Below, piece by piece: positions 8,639 through 18,218 of a stretch of 25,854 nucleotides of DNA. How positions within the stretch are numbered: the first letter of the stretch is position 1; each line of letters begins with the position of its first letter. The stretch is from Desulfurococcales archaeon. GTDB taxonomy: Archaea; Thermoproteota; Thermoprotei_A; Sulfolobales; WAQK01. The notes under the pieces are model-generated. The model ran no database searches, was not told the DNA's origin, and saw only the letters and a program-made list of their open reading frames with translations. Location of the stretch: the NCBI GenBank assembly GCA_027016915.1, contig JALURJ010000209.1, positions 1-25,854 of the forward strand, read 5' to 3'. A program made the position numbers and the translations under genes.

Positions 8639-10128
8639 GGTTCCGCAGCTTCCTAATAGGCCTTGTACTGGTAGGCCTCGTCGCCTCTCTCTACTCGGCT
8701 CCGAAGACCCTTTTCATGAGCATGGTGTTCGAAGGAACCCCGGCACCCTACAACACGGGGTGGGTGGGGACTAGCGAGCTGGCCCGGCTCCTCAGGAGGC
8801 AGGGCTACAATGTCTACGCTCCAACCGCCTGGGACAGGGTGGAGGACATAGTTTTGGGCGGAAATTATACACGCTACATACTTGTATTCATATCACCCGA
8901 AAAGCCAATAACAAGCTATGAGGCCAGCCGCATAGCCTCGATGCTGCAGGTAGCCAATATCTCCATACTCGTAGCCGATGAAGCCGAAACATCCAATGAG
9001 CTGCTAGGGTATTTTGGAGCCCGTGTCACGGGTGAACGCCTGGAAGGGCCCGAGGGCTCGGGCTACATATACGCCTCCCTAAACGTCCCGGTGAACGGCT
9101 TCTCGAAATCCTACATGCTGCAGCTTAGCATAGCTTCCGGCATAGATGTGGAGCTCTTCAGGAGGCCTGGAAAGGCGCCTTTAACCGTTGCGACGGAAAC
9201 TATATCGCTGACCCAGGACGGTGTGCTCGTTGGGGCATTTATCAGGTATACCTATCTCCGCACCTTTGGTAGGGTGGCGGTCTTCGGGGATGGCACGATT
9301 TTCCTCAACACGGCGCTGAGACACTCAACACCCACAATGAACTACACAGACTTCGCGCTGGCAGTGTTCTCCTCTCTCTCCATGGGGGCGAACCCCAACG
9401 ATATAGCAGTAGTGCTTGACACTTCCCACTACCACTCCAACCTCCCCAACGTTACGAGCGATATGAGGCCGGAGGAGGCCCTGAGAAACTATGTGCAGGC
9501 ACCGCTCCCAATAATAATCCACCCATCCATGATAGTGTTCCTAGCGATATGGCTGCTCCGCGCCCTCGAGAAAATGTATTTCGAGGCTCTCTCGACAAAC
9601 CCTGCCATAGGCGTACCAATAATTGCCGCCATCTCGTACCTTGTCTACCGCGGAGTTATGGGGAACATGGGTGTCAGAATGGTCAACGATGACGTCATTA
9701 GGAGCGTTGAGGAGACGAGCATCGTGGCTGAAACCCCTCTCCGCACAAGACTGCTTAAATCGGCTAAGCTCTCCCGCCGAGAGGCCCTTGAGGCCCTTTA
9801 CAACCTCTCGGTCACACTGGACTATCTTTTGGAGAAGCATCTAAACGTCTCCCTTAGGGAGCTCGTCGAGGACCCTGGAATCCTTGAGGCCGCGTCCCGT
9901 GTCCTCCAGGTCGAACCTGAGAGGCTGCAGAGGCTCGCTTCCAAGCTCATGGCCCTAAGGGAGAGGTATGAGGGTGTGAGAAGGTTCACACCCATAGTCT
10001 TTAGGTGGAACGCATTGGTGAGGAAAATGGTGTACGAGTCGGAGGGCATATTAGAGAAGTTAGGCTATACGCTTATAGGAGAAAAGGAGGGTTATAAGGG
10101 TGTAGAGTATGGGGTTAGAAAATACTAG
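8635..10128 (+). CDS. DUF4350-like membrane protein (497 aa)
   Basis: GTG at 8635 overlaps the upstream TGA (GTGA) and is followed by a signal/TM segment. [16 protein letters not shown] and FGDGTIFLN resemble DUF4350. Two C-terminal TM segments, then a helical tail. Confidence 0.75.
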   Translation: MRFRSFLIGLVLVGLVASLYSAPKTLFMSMVFEGTPAPYNTGWVGTSELARLLRRQGYNVYAPTAWDRVEDIVLGGNYTRYILVFISPEKPITSYEASRIASMLQVANISILVADEAETSNELLGYFGARVTGERLEGPEGSGYIYASLNVPVNGFSKSYMLQLSIASGIDVELFRRPGKAPLTVATETISLTQDGVLVGAFIRYTYLRTFGRVAVFGDGTIFLNTALRHSTPTMNYTDFALAVFSSLSMGANPNDIAVVLDTSHYHSNLPNVTSDMRPEEALRNYVQAPLPIIIHPSMIVFLAIWLLRALEKMYFEALSTNPAIGVPIIAAISYLVYRGVMGNMGVRMVNDDVIRSVEETSIVAETPLRTRLLKSAKLSRREALEALYNLSVTLDYLLEKHLNVSLRELVEDPGILEAASRVLQVEPERLQRLASKLMALRERYEGVRRFTPIVFRWNALVRKMVYESEGILEKLGYTLIGEKEGYKGVEYGVRKY

Positions 10129-11074
10129 TGGGACCCCCGTGGACACGGAATATGCTGGAAGCATAACCGAGAGCATCCTTAACGAGGTAGGAAAAATCCT
10201 GGTGGGCAAGGAGAAAGACGTGCTATTCATCCTAGCAGCACTGGTGGCTGGAGGCCACGTTTTACTCGAGGGCGTGCCCGGCGTAGCCAAGACGACAATG
10301 GCAAAAGCTGTTGCGTCAGCGCTGAACCTTAAGTTCAAGAGAATACAGTTTACCCCGGACCTCCTGCCAACAGACATTGTTGGAACCATGGTTTACGATC
10401 CTAAGACGGGGGAGTTCAGGCTAAGGAGGGGCCCCATATTCGCCAACATAGTATTGGCCGACGAGATCAACAGGGCCAGCCCTAGGACCCAGTCAGCCCT
10501 CCTAGAGGCGATGCAGGAGCGCCAGGTAACAATAGAGGGTAACACGCTGAGGCTCCCCGAGCCCTTCATAGTGATAGCGACTCAGAACCCGATAGAGCTG
10601 GAGGGAACCTTCCCACTGCCCGAGGCCCAGGTGGATAGATTCCTTATGAAGCTCGACGTCGGCTACCCCACCAAGCCCGAAACCATAGAGATGCTTAAGA
10701 GGCTCAGAACCATAGAGGAGTGGCCCGTAAGGCCCGTGGCCTCGGAGAAGGACATAATGGCCCTCCGCGCCATGGCCTGGAACGTCCATGTGGACGAGTC
10801 TATCCTGAACTATATTGCGGACATTGTAGAGGAGACACGCAGGCACCCGACTGTGAGACTTGGAGGCTCGCCGAGGGCGGCAATATCGCTACTCCAAGTC
10901 TCCAGGGCGCTGGCGCTGCTGGACGGCAGAGACTACGTCCTGCCAGACGACGTCAAGAACGCCGCCAAACCAGTGTTGAGGCACAGGATAATTCTGACGC
11001 CTGAAGCCGAGATCGAGGGCATAGACCCTAACCAGGTTATCGACGAGATACTCCGGAAAATCCCTGCACCCTAG
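10109..11074 (+). CDS. moxR: MoxR family AAA+ ATPase
   Basis: [78 protein letters not shown]. Confidence 0.96.
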   Translation: MGLENTSGTPVDTEYAGSITESILNEVGKILVGKEKDVLFILAALVAGGHVLLEGVPGVAKTTMAKAVASALNLKFKRIQFTPDLLPTDIVGTMVYDPKTGEFRLRRGPIFANIVLADEINRASPRTQSALLEAMQERQVTIEGNTLRLPEPFIVIATQNPIELEGTFPLPEAQVDRFLMKLDVGYPTKPETIEMLKRLRTIEEWPVRPVASEKDIMALRAMAWNVHVDESILNYIADIVEETRRHPTVRLGGSPRAAISLLQVSRALALLDGRDYVLPDDVKNAAKPVLRHRIILTPEAEIEGIDPNQVIDEILRKIPAP

Positions 11075-11083
11075 GGGGCCCGT

Positions 11084-12451
11084 ATGGGCGTCTCGATAGC
11101 ACCTATAGGCGAGGGACTCACTCCTAGAGGCCGAGCCCTCCTAGCAGCTGCTAGCATACTCTTCGGCCTCCTAGCCATAGTCTCCGAGGCCAACATGAGC
11201 GTCATACTCGTACTGGCCTCCTTCCTCATGGTCTTCATTTACCTATCCAAGGTCACCCTCGATTTCAAAATCAACGTCGCAAGGAAGCTGAAGGCAAGGA
11301 GAATATTCGAAAAGCCGATAGTCGAGGGGCGGCCCTTAAAGGTTACGGTCAGGATAGAGAACCCCACACTGGCACCCCTCGAAATAATCGAGATCTTCGA
11401 CCCCTACCCCTCCAAGTTCCGCCTCCACCGCGGCTCTAATACCAGTATAGCCTACATACCCGCCAGCGGCTTCTTCGAGCTTTCCTACGAGGTTCTCCCA
11501 GTACTCGGAAAACATGAGTTCGGGAACCCAAGAATAGTCATCAGGGACCCTGCTGGCCTTTTTTCCAGAGAAATAGAACTCAGGGTAAACAACGTGGTGG
11601 AGGTCCAGCCCCGCTACGAGCCTATTCATCGACGCGGCCTCCTCGTCGTGCCCACCCTGATGCCTGGGGGAGTGTCCAGCATCAAGCGGCGAGGCATAGG
11701 GATGCAGTTTATGGACATAAGGGAGTACGTGCCAGGCGACGAGTACAGGAAGATAGAGTGGAAGGCCACTGCCAGGACTGGGCGTTTGATGGTTAAGGAG
11801 TTCGAGCAAGAGTCGAGCCTCGAGGTCATGCTTATTCTAGATACAAGGGACACTATGAGCTATGGCGTGCTGGGGCAGACAAAGCTCGAATACGTGGTAA
11901 GAGGGGCTGCAGCCATTGCGGGATACCTGTTAAGACGAGGAGACTTCGTGGGTCTAGCCTATGCCAGCATGGATGGTCTAAGGGTTCTCAAGCCTAGGAG
12001 GGGGCCAGCGCACTTCAAGCTATTAATGCGGGCCCTGGCCAAGATAACGTGGCCCATACCTGGGCTCATGGGCTCAACGCCGCTCCACACCGTGATTCGC
12101 CAGGCGGCCTCCCGCGCCACGAGGCGGGGTAAAAACCTGTTCATAGTGTTCAGTGATCTCGAGATGCCTGCTGAGGAACTACCCCTATACATTAACCTAT
12201 TCAGCAAGCTCCGCGGCATGAGGAGCGAGGTCATAGTGATATCGCCCTACACGCCGCTTTTCGAGGTCAAGGGCATGAGTGGGATGAGCGCCGTGATCTA
12301 CAGGCTCTACGCTTCCAGAAGCATAAGGGAGAGGGAGAAGACCGTTAGGGCGCTGCTGAGGCACGGGATACCGCTGGTAAACGTGGGGCCGGAGGACCTT
12401 GTAACCCACACGCTTCTCAGGATTGAAGCCATCAGGCAGAGGTTGAGCTGA
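11084..12451 (+). CDS. DUF58 / VWA-domain protein (COG1721-like) with two N-terminal TM helices
   Basis: GMQFMDIREYVPGDEYRKIEWKATAR...VKEFE DUF58 signature; VWA-like ILDTRDTM, STPL and VFSD segments; directly after moxR. Confidence 0.92.
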   Translation: MGVSIAPIGEGLTPRGRALLAAASILFGLLAIVSEANMSVILVLASFLMVFIYLSKVTLDFKINVARKLKARRIFEKPIVEGRPLKVTVRIENPTLAPLEIIEIFDPYPSKFRLHRGSNTSIAYIPASGFFELSYEVLPVLGKHEFGNPRIVIRDPAGLFSREIELRVNNVVEVQPRYEPIHRRGLLVVPTLMPGGVSSIKRRGIGMQFMDIREYVPGDEYRKIEWKATARTGRLMVKEFEQESSLEVMLILDTRDTMSYGVLGQTKLEYVVRGAAAIAGYLLRRGDFVGLAYASMDGLRVLKPRRGPAHFKLLMRALAKITWPIPGLMGSTPLHTVIRQAASRATRRGKNLFIVFSDLEMPAEELPLYINLFSKLRGMRSEVIVISPYTPLFEVKGMSGMSAVIYRLYASRSIREREKTVRALLRHGIPLVNVGPEDLVTHTLLRIEAIRQRLS

Positions 12452-12452
12452 A

Positions 12453-13754
12453 ATGGGTTTCACTGAGAGGGTGAGGCAGGCTCTCAGGCCCTACGGGTCA
12501 GGCACCCAGGCAGCTGTTACGCTGGCTGGCATGACCATGGCGTCGATACTGGTACTCTACGCCTCCTATAGGCTGGCAGCCGCGGCACACAGCGGATACT
12601 CTGCCGAGAACCCGCCTTTCAACAAGTTGCCCGGCGCGCCGGTGGTTTCCCTGCCATACCTGGGCCCCCAGAGCATGGCCGAGCTAGCCGTGCTAGGTGT
12701 GAAGATGCTGGCAGTCCTCCTAGGCATTCTAGCCACCTACTACTCGATCCGCGGGGGCGGTATGGCCAAGAGCATAATATATCTATACGTACTCCTGGTC
12801 ATAGCTGCTGGAACTGGGAGGGTTGGTCTGAGGGATATAGCGGTCCTGATAACGGCAACCATGCTACTACTATATACCTATCCATTCAGGCGCAGCGTGG
12901 AGCTTGCACTCCGAGGTAAAGGGGGAGCGATGCTTCAAAGCTCGGGCTCAAGAGCAGCCAGCTTAGCCTTCACACTGGCCTCCTACTTCATACCCCTAAG
13001 CCTCTCGATAGGGGTGGCGAGCATAATTGCAGCGATGGCGGTGATCGCTACGAGGATAAGGCTCGATGTCCCGCCGCCTCTACCCAACATATGGAGCCTG
13101 TTCCTAGAGACAAGGGTCGCATTCATAGTGCTGGGGCTTGCAGCGATACTCGTGGCGCTCTGGCTTATAGGAGACCTGCTTGAGAGCGTCCTGCTGATGG
13201 CGATACTCATGCCCGAGGAAGCCCTTGACACGGCCTACCGGGAAGCGTCAAGGGATCTGGAAGAGCTTGAAGCCTGGAGGACTTGGCACCAAGCCATACC
13301 ATTGAGGCTTTACACGATGTTGGCCAGCATAATCATCTACATTGTAGCCCTAGAAGTCATAGATAGGATAGAGGCACTGCTGAAACCCTACCTGGCGCCC
13401 GGAATACCATGGTATATCCGGAGCCTGCTAAGCCTGGCCGTGGTCGTAGCGCTCTGGAGCACCATATCGGAAAAGCTGAAAAACCTGATCATGGTTAGAG
13501 GGAGCCTTAGGTTCAACTGGGCCGCCGCTGCGTTAACTGTAATGATAGTGGGCTTCCTCGTAGCCTTGTGGTACCAGGGGGCGGGAACCCTAGACCCCAT
13601 ATACTATGCGCTAGGGCTGGAGAAACCTACAGGCAGCGGCGACGTAATCTCCATTCTTAACCTGTGGCCCCAGGGTGTAGACGCGAAGATTGAAGGTATG
13701 TTTAAAAGCTTTGAGAAAATAGCTAGACTAGTGATCAAATTCCTATGGGGATAA
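12453..13754 (+). CDS. Polytopic membrane protein, unknown function
   Basis: 433 aa with about 10 hydrophobic segments; starts 1 nt after the DUF58 stop. Confidence 0.8.
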   Translation: MGFTERVRQALRPYGSGTQAAVTLAGMTMASILVLYASYRLAAAAHSGYSAENPPFNKLPGAPVVSLPYLGPQSMAELAVLGVKMLAVLLGILATYYSIRGGGMAKSIIYLYVLLVIAAGTGRVGLRDIAVLITATMLLLYTYPFRRSVELALRGKGGAMLQSSGSRAASLAFTLASYFIPLSLSIGVASIIAAMAVIATRIRLDVPPPLPNIWSLFLETRVAFIVLGLAAILVALWLIGDLLESVLLMAILMPEEALDTAYREASRDLEELEAWRTWHQAIPLRLYTMLASIIIYIVALEVIDRIEALLKPYLAPGIPWYIRSLLSLAVVVALWSTISEKLKNLIMVRGSLRFNWAAAALTVMIVGFLVALWYQGAGTLDPIYYALGLEKPTGSGDVISILNLWPQGVDAKIEGMFKSFEKIARLVIKFLWG

Positions 13755-13993
13755 CCGTGGTCTCGGGAGAGGCGATTAAAAGCGCCATTCTCGGGCTAAC
13801 CGCTATAGCCCTTATCCTAGTTAGCCTCTACTTCTTCCTTCTCAGCATAAGCCTAGCATCTGCCGCCGAGCCCAACATCACTGCATCCCTCCTCTCAGCC
13901 CTTATAGGGTTCTCAGTGCTGTCCTCGGGTGTGACCATACTGAGGTCGTGGGCTATAGCCAGGGTAGCCGAAAGGGCGGCTGAACAAAGGTAG
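13745..13993 (+). CDS. Small two-TM membrane protein, unknown function
   Basis: 82 aa with two hydrophobic helices; overlaps the upstream gene by 10 nt. Confidence 0.72.
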   Translation: MGITVVSGEAIKSAILGLTAIALILVSLYFFLLSISLASAAEPNITASLLSALIGFSVLSSGVTILRSWAIARVAERAAEQR

Positions 13994-14095
13994 CTTCCCG
14001 CGTCTAAGTCCTTTTCTTTAGCGTCTTCCTGCGAGGCGTACCCACGCAGTTACTGTTAGGGCATCATTGCTTTACACCTCTACCGTACTCTGTAT

Positions 14096-14112
14096 GGGGC
14101 GGGCACCGCCCC
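14096..14112. repeat. GC-rich hairpin GGGGCGG-GCA-CCGCCCC
   Basis: Perfect 7-bp arms in the gap between convergent genes. Confidence 0.5.
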
Positions 14113-14136
14113 TTGTAGAAGCCCTGAAACCCGTTA

Positions 14137-14210
14137 TGTGGGGCTCAGCCGGGGGTTCTTAAGGACGCTTCACAGCCCACTATGGGCTCATCGGCGGCGT
14201 GGCTTCAGCA
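14137..14210 (-). ncRNA. Candidate K-turn-containing small RNA (box C/D- or H/ACA-like)
   Basis: Minus strand reads ACGC-CGCC-GAUGA-GCCCA-UAG-UGGGC-UGUGA-AGCGU, then CUGA at 14148-14145 and ACA at 14139-14137; no coding potential. Internal D'/C' boxes are not canonical. Confidence 0.3.
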
Positions 14211-14215
14211 TCCTG

Positions 14216-15316
14216 CTATGCATCCATAGTAACAGCCTCCTCTAATATCTTAGACCTGTCCTCGACGCCTTGCCAGCTGCTGGTTAAACGCACTGTTGTT
14301 ATGGGGAACGGGATCTCTATGCCCTCCTCTTTGAACCTTTTATGCAGCCTCTTTATAAACTCGTGGACCACCAGGAGATTGTATGGGAACCCCTGGGCTG
14401 CAAGGTATACGCGGAGGACGATGCTATAGTCCCCGAAAGAGACGTAGCGTACGTAAGGCTTGTGGCCCGGCACCCCGCCGGGAACCTCCCTCATCACGGA
14501 CTCTGCCACCTCTACGGTAACTCTTTCCACCTTTTCGAGATCGCTGTCGTAACTTACACCCACCTCGACTGGTACTATGAAGTTCCTATCAGGGTAGTGG
14601 TAGTTGGTGACCACGGCGGAGGCCAATCTCGAGTTGGGGACAACTATTGTGCTCCCATAGGGGGTCCTGATGACGGTGTTCCTCCACCCTATATCAGCTA
14701 TGAACCCCTCAACCCCTGTGTCCAGCTTAACGTAATCGCCCACCCTCAGCTGGCCGCTTATGGCTATGTAGAGTCCTGAGAATAGGTTGGAAAGCGTGTC
14801 TTGAAGGGCCAGGGCGACGGCTAGGCCGGCGATACCCAGAGTTGTCAGTATGGGTGTTAGCGATACGCCCATTGCCTCGAGGAGTATTAGGAAGCCTAGA
14901 ACCAGTATGACGAGCTTGGCGAGGTGGAGGAAGAGGGTGGTTGTGCTTCTAGCCCCTCTGCCCTTCTCGGTGTATATCCTGAGAAGCCCCGCAGCTATGT
15001 TTGATAGGAATATCGAGGCCTGGATTATTATAATGGTTATGATGAGCTTCTCGACAACGGGCTTAAGCGTTGCTGGCAGCTCTATGCTGGAGAGATAGAT
15101 ATCTAGGCCTACCAGGATTAGAAGCGTCGTGGGGGTCCCCCTAAGAGCCTTAGCTAAAGCCATATACTCCTTCTTGCGCCTCCCGGTGAAAAGGGAGGAG
15201 AAATACCTGGACAGCAACTTTTCCACAAGCACACCTGCAACTAACGAAACACCGAGGACAAGTACAAGCTCTATCAGCAGCTCCGTGTTGCCCGGCTTCA
15301 GCCAGTCCCCCAGCAT
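14216..15316 (-). CDS. mscS: Small-conductance mechanosensitive channel
   Basis: GLAVALALQDTLSNLFSG TM3 motif, GDYVKL, GFIADIGWRNTVIRT, VPNS, VGVSYDSDLEKV, GIEIPFP. Confidence 0.93.
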   Translation of the reverse strand: MLGDWLKPGNTELLIELVLVLGVSLVAGVLVEKLLSRYFSSLFTGRRKKEYMALAKALRGTPTTLLILVGLDIYLSSIELPATLKPVVEKLIITIIIIQASIFLSNIAAGLLRIYTEKGRGARSTTTLFLHLAKLVILVLGFLILLEAMGVSLTPILTTLGIAGLAVALALQDTLSNLFSGLYIAISGQLRVGDYVKLDTGVEGFIADIGWRNTVIRTPYGSTIVVPNSRLASAVVTNYHYPDRNFIVPVEVGVSYDSDLEKVERVTVEVAESVMREVPGGVPGHKPYVRYVSFGDYSIVLRVYLAAQGFPYNLLVVHEFIKRLHKRFKEEGIEIPFPITTVRLTSSWQGVEDRSKILEEAVTMDA

Positions 15317-15439
15317 CCTTCATACCCTGCCGCTCTCGGAAACCTATGCTTCGATCCAGGTGCGATTAAAAGGCGCGGGCCTATCATGACGGTAATAGTT
15401 TTAGCGTCGGCCGCATATTGTCAGCCAGGGCCCGGAGTC

Positions 15440-16120
15440 TTGACCCTAATAGTAGCTCTCGACCCCCCTCAGAGCGTGGACGACGCCCTAGAGTGGAGCT
15501 CCAAACTGGTTGAGGAGGTGGGTACAGCGGCAGCGGGGTTCAAGATAGGGCTGCCCCTGCTGCTCAGAGCAGGGCTTCCCGGCCTGAAAACCCTGGCAGA
15601 CAAAATGCCGCCCGAGTCGCTCAAAATAGCCGACCTAAAGCTGGCCGACGTAGGCCATATAATGTCGACCACGGCTGAAGCGGTGGCCGCTGCCGGCTAT
15701 GACGCCGTCATTGCTCACGGCTTCGTCGGGGTGGAGGGGGCTCTCGACGAACTTGCAGATACCTGTAGATCGATGGGCTTGAAGCTCATAGTACTAGTCT
15801 CCATGAGTCACCCCGCAGCTTCCCGTATAATGGACCCTATGCTCGACGCACTACTAGAAGAGGCGGTGAAAGCCGATGCTTGGGGCGTGGTTGCGCCGGC
15901 TACACGGCCAGAGATAGTGGCAAAGGCCCGTAAACGGCTAGGCCCAAGTTACACCATTCTTTCGCCCGGGGTGGGTGCCCAGGGAGCGGAGCCCGGCACA
16001 GCCCTCTGCGCCGGAGCAGACTACGAGATCGTGGGTAGACTTATAACTAGGAGTGCCTCTCCGAGGGAAACTGCCTTCCTCTTATTGGAAAAACAGAGAG
16101 AGGCTGTGTCACGTTGCTGA
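15440..16120 (+). CDS. pyrF: Orotidine 5'-phosphate decarboxylase
   Basis: LIVALD, GFKIG, catalytic DLKLADVG, SPGVGAQG, IVGR. TTG 15440 follows GGAG and is preferred over ATG 15386. Confidence 0.94.
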   Translation: MTLIVALDPPQSVDDALEWSSKLVEEVGTAAAGFKIGLPLLLRAGLPGLKTLADKMPPESLKIADLKLADVGHIMSTTAEAVAAAGYDAVIAHGFVGVEGALDELADTCRSMGLKLIVLVSMSHPAASRIMDPMLDALLEEAVKADAWGVVAPATRPEIVAKARKRLGPSYTILSPGVGAQGAEPGTALCAGADYEIVGRLITRSASPRETAFLLLEKQREAVSRC

Positions 16121-16710
16121 GCCTAGCCTTGGAGCTATATAGGCTTGGAATGGTGCGGTTCGGCAGGTTTAGGCTAACCTCGGGTGCTGAGAGTCCATAC
16201 TATATCGACCTAAGACCGCTGCCAAGCTACCCGGAGGTATTCAGGAAAGTGGCCCTAAGAATGGCTGCACTCCTCGAGGGATACAACTATGACTACATTA
16301 TCGGCGTGGCGACGGGCGGTGTGCCGCTAGCAACAGCCGTGGCTCTGATGGCCGGCAAGCCCATGGGGTATGTGAGGCTGGAGGCCAAGACGCATGGTAC
16401 AGGGAGAAGGCTGGAGGCCCTGGTCAAAGGGAGAAGAGTAGCCATTATAGATGACGTAGCCACCACGGGCGGCTCTCTTGCAGCCACAGTGGAGGCTGTA
16501 AGGGGGGAGGGAGGTGAGCCGATCATAGCAGCTGTGGTTGTGGACCGGGAGCAGGGTGCTGCGGAGCGGATCAAAGGGCTGGGAGTAGGGTTTGTACAGC
16601 TTTTGAAGGCATCACAGTTATTCGCAGAACTATATGCTGCGGGAATTATAGGTGAGGACAGGTACTTGGAGCTCCTCCGCTACGTTTCAAGCTCGACCCA
16701 GGGTCGCTGA
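16114..16710 (+). CDS. pyrE: Orotate phosphoribosyltransferase
   Basis: FRLTSGAESPYYIDLR, PRPP loop IIDDVATTGGS, VVDREQG; overlaps the pyrF stop. Confidence 0.95.
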   Translation: MLSLALELYRLGMVRFGRFRLTSGAESPYYIDLRPLPSYPEVFRKVALRMAALLEGYNYDYIIGVATGGVPLATAVALMAGKPMGYVRLEAKTHGTGRRLEALVKGRRVAIIDDVATTGGSLAATVEAVRGEGGEPIIAAVVVDREQGAAERIKGLGVGFVQLLKASQLFAELYAAGIIGEDRYLELLRYVSSSTQGR

Positions 16711-16736
16711 GCCCGCAGGAATGTGGGTGCTGCCTG

Positions 16737-18218
16737 ATGAGTCAAGGTAAGCAGGGTAGCGTGAGGCCCTTCCTGAACTACGCGGTTACGGTACTTTCTA
16801 TATCCTCTTCCTTCATCCTGGTTGTCCCCCTAATCTACGACTTCATAGTATACGGTGCCCCAACCCAGGTGGGCGCCTACCTCTTCATGTGGGGTGTCCT
16901 CATACTAGGTGTAGGCATGGTCCTCAGACACCTCACCTACACCACTGCCCCGCTCACGCTCACCAGTGCCCTCTACATAACCCTGCTCAACTGGCTCGTG
17001 GTGCCTGTCCTCATAGCTATGCCTGTGGCCCGAGTTTTGGCCATACCGTTCGTGGACGCATGGTTCGAGGCTGTGAGCGGCCTCACAACCACGGGTCTCT
17101 CGGTTTTCTCAGGCTCATACGACAATGGGGTTTACGTTCCCAGCGTTGAGGAGCTACCGCCGGAGATCCTGCTATGGCGAAGCCTGAGCCAGTGGGTAGG
17201 CGGCCTGGGGATCGTGGTGTTCATGATTGTGGTTATTGCCCGTACACCGGGCATAGTGGTCCTATACAGGTCGGAGGGCAGATTCGAGAGGCTGGAGCCC
17301 AGCCTTGCCAAGACGGTGCGCGAGATGCTGGCTATCTACACGTTGCTCACATTCGTCGAAACCCTGGTTCTCAGGTATACTGGGATGTCCTGGTTCGACG
17401 CCGTCAACCACGCCATGACGGCGTTGTCGACGGGCGGCTTCTCCACGAGGAATGACAGCATAGCTGCCTTCGCGTCAAGGATTCTGGAGATAACAACCAT
17501 TATAGGCATGTGGCTGGGCGCCACCAACTTCCTGGACCACAAAAACATGCTTAAGGCGAGGATCCAGGAGCTCCTCAGATCCGTGGAGCTGAAAACCTTC
17601 ATATTCCTTCTAACAATACTAACCGGCTTCTCAGCCTATCTTCTCAGGATAGGCAGCGTGCTTGATACCGACGAGCTCTGGCGCCGCTTCTATCAGGTCT
17701 TCTCAGCCCTCACAACCACAGGGTTTCAGACTGTAGATATACATGCAGAGGACCCGGCCTTTAAGATGGTTCTCATAGTAGCTATGCTCATAGGCGGATC
17801 TGTGTTCTCCACCGCCGGCGGCGTCAAGCTTCTGAGGATAGCGATAGTAGCCAAGTCGCTTAAGAACATGATTGCCTCGTTCATAACCCCGAAAGGCTAC
17901 ATAGCTTCGTCAAGGCTGGGCAGGTACACCGTCACACCGGGCCTGGCCGTGGAGGCGTTAGGCCTAATATTCATATACGTGGTCACGGTGATAGTCTCCA
18001 CGCTGATAATGGTGCCCTTCGTGTCTTCGGAGTACAGCTTTATGGACGTGTTCTTTGAGGCAGCCTCAGGCCTGGCCACCACAGGGCTTTCCTCAGGGAT
18101 ATCAAGCGCCTCGGCCCATCTGGTGGTAAAGCTGGTCCTCATGGCCGACATGATCCTAGGCAGGCTTGAGATAGTCCCCTTCGTGGTAGGCATTTACAGC
18201 CTCACACGTAGGAGGTGA
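16737..18218 (+). CDS. trkH: TrkH-family K+ uptake membrane subunit
   Basis: Four pore loops (SGLTTTG, ALSTGG, ALTTTG, GLATTG), GGSVFSTAGGVK, LGRLE. Confidence 0.93.
   Translation: MSQGKQGSVRPFLNYAVTVLSISSSFILVVPLIYDFIVYGAPTQVGAYLFMWGVLILGVGMVLRHLTYTTAPLTLTSALYITLLNWLVVPVLIAMPVARVLAIPFVDAWFEAVSGLTTTGLSVFSGSYDNGVYVPSVEELPPEILLWRSLSQWVGGLGIVVFMIVVIARTPGIVVLYRSEGRFERLEPSLAKTVREMLAIYTLLTFVETLVLRYTGMSWFDAVNHAMTALSTGGFSTRNDSIAAFASRILEITTIIGMWLGATNFLDHKNMLKARIQELLRSVELKTFIFLLTILTGFSAYLLRIGSVLDTDELWRRFYQVFSALTTTGFQTVDIHAEDPAFKMVLIVAMLIGGSVFSTAGGVKLLRIAIVAKSLKNMIASFITPKGYIASSRLGRYTVTPGLAVEALGLIFIYVVTVIVSTLIMVPFVSSEYSFMDVFFEAASGLATTGLSSGISSASAHLVVKLVLMADMILGRLEIVPFVVGIYSLTRRR

Noticed and set aside
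15386-15439. ATG 15386 as the pyrF start
   Set aside because: The conserved fold begins at LIVALD, an RBS precedes TTG 15440, and the extension covers the likely promoter.
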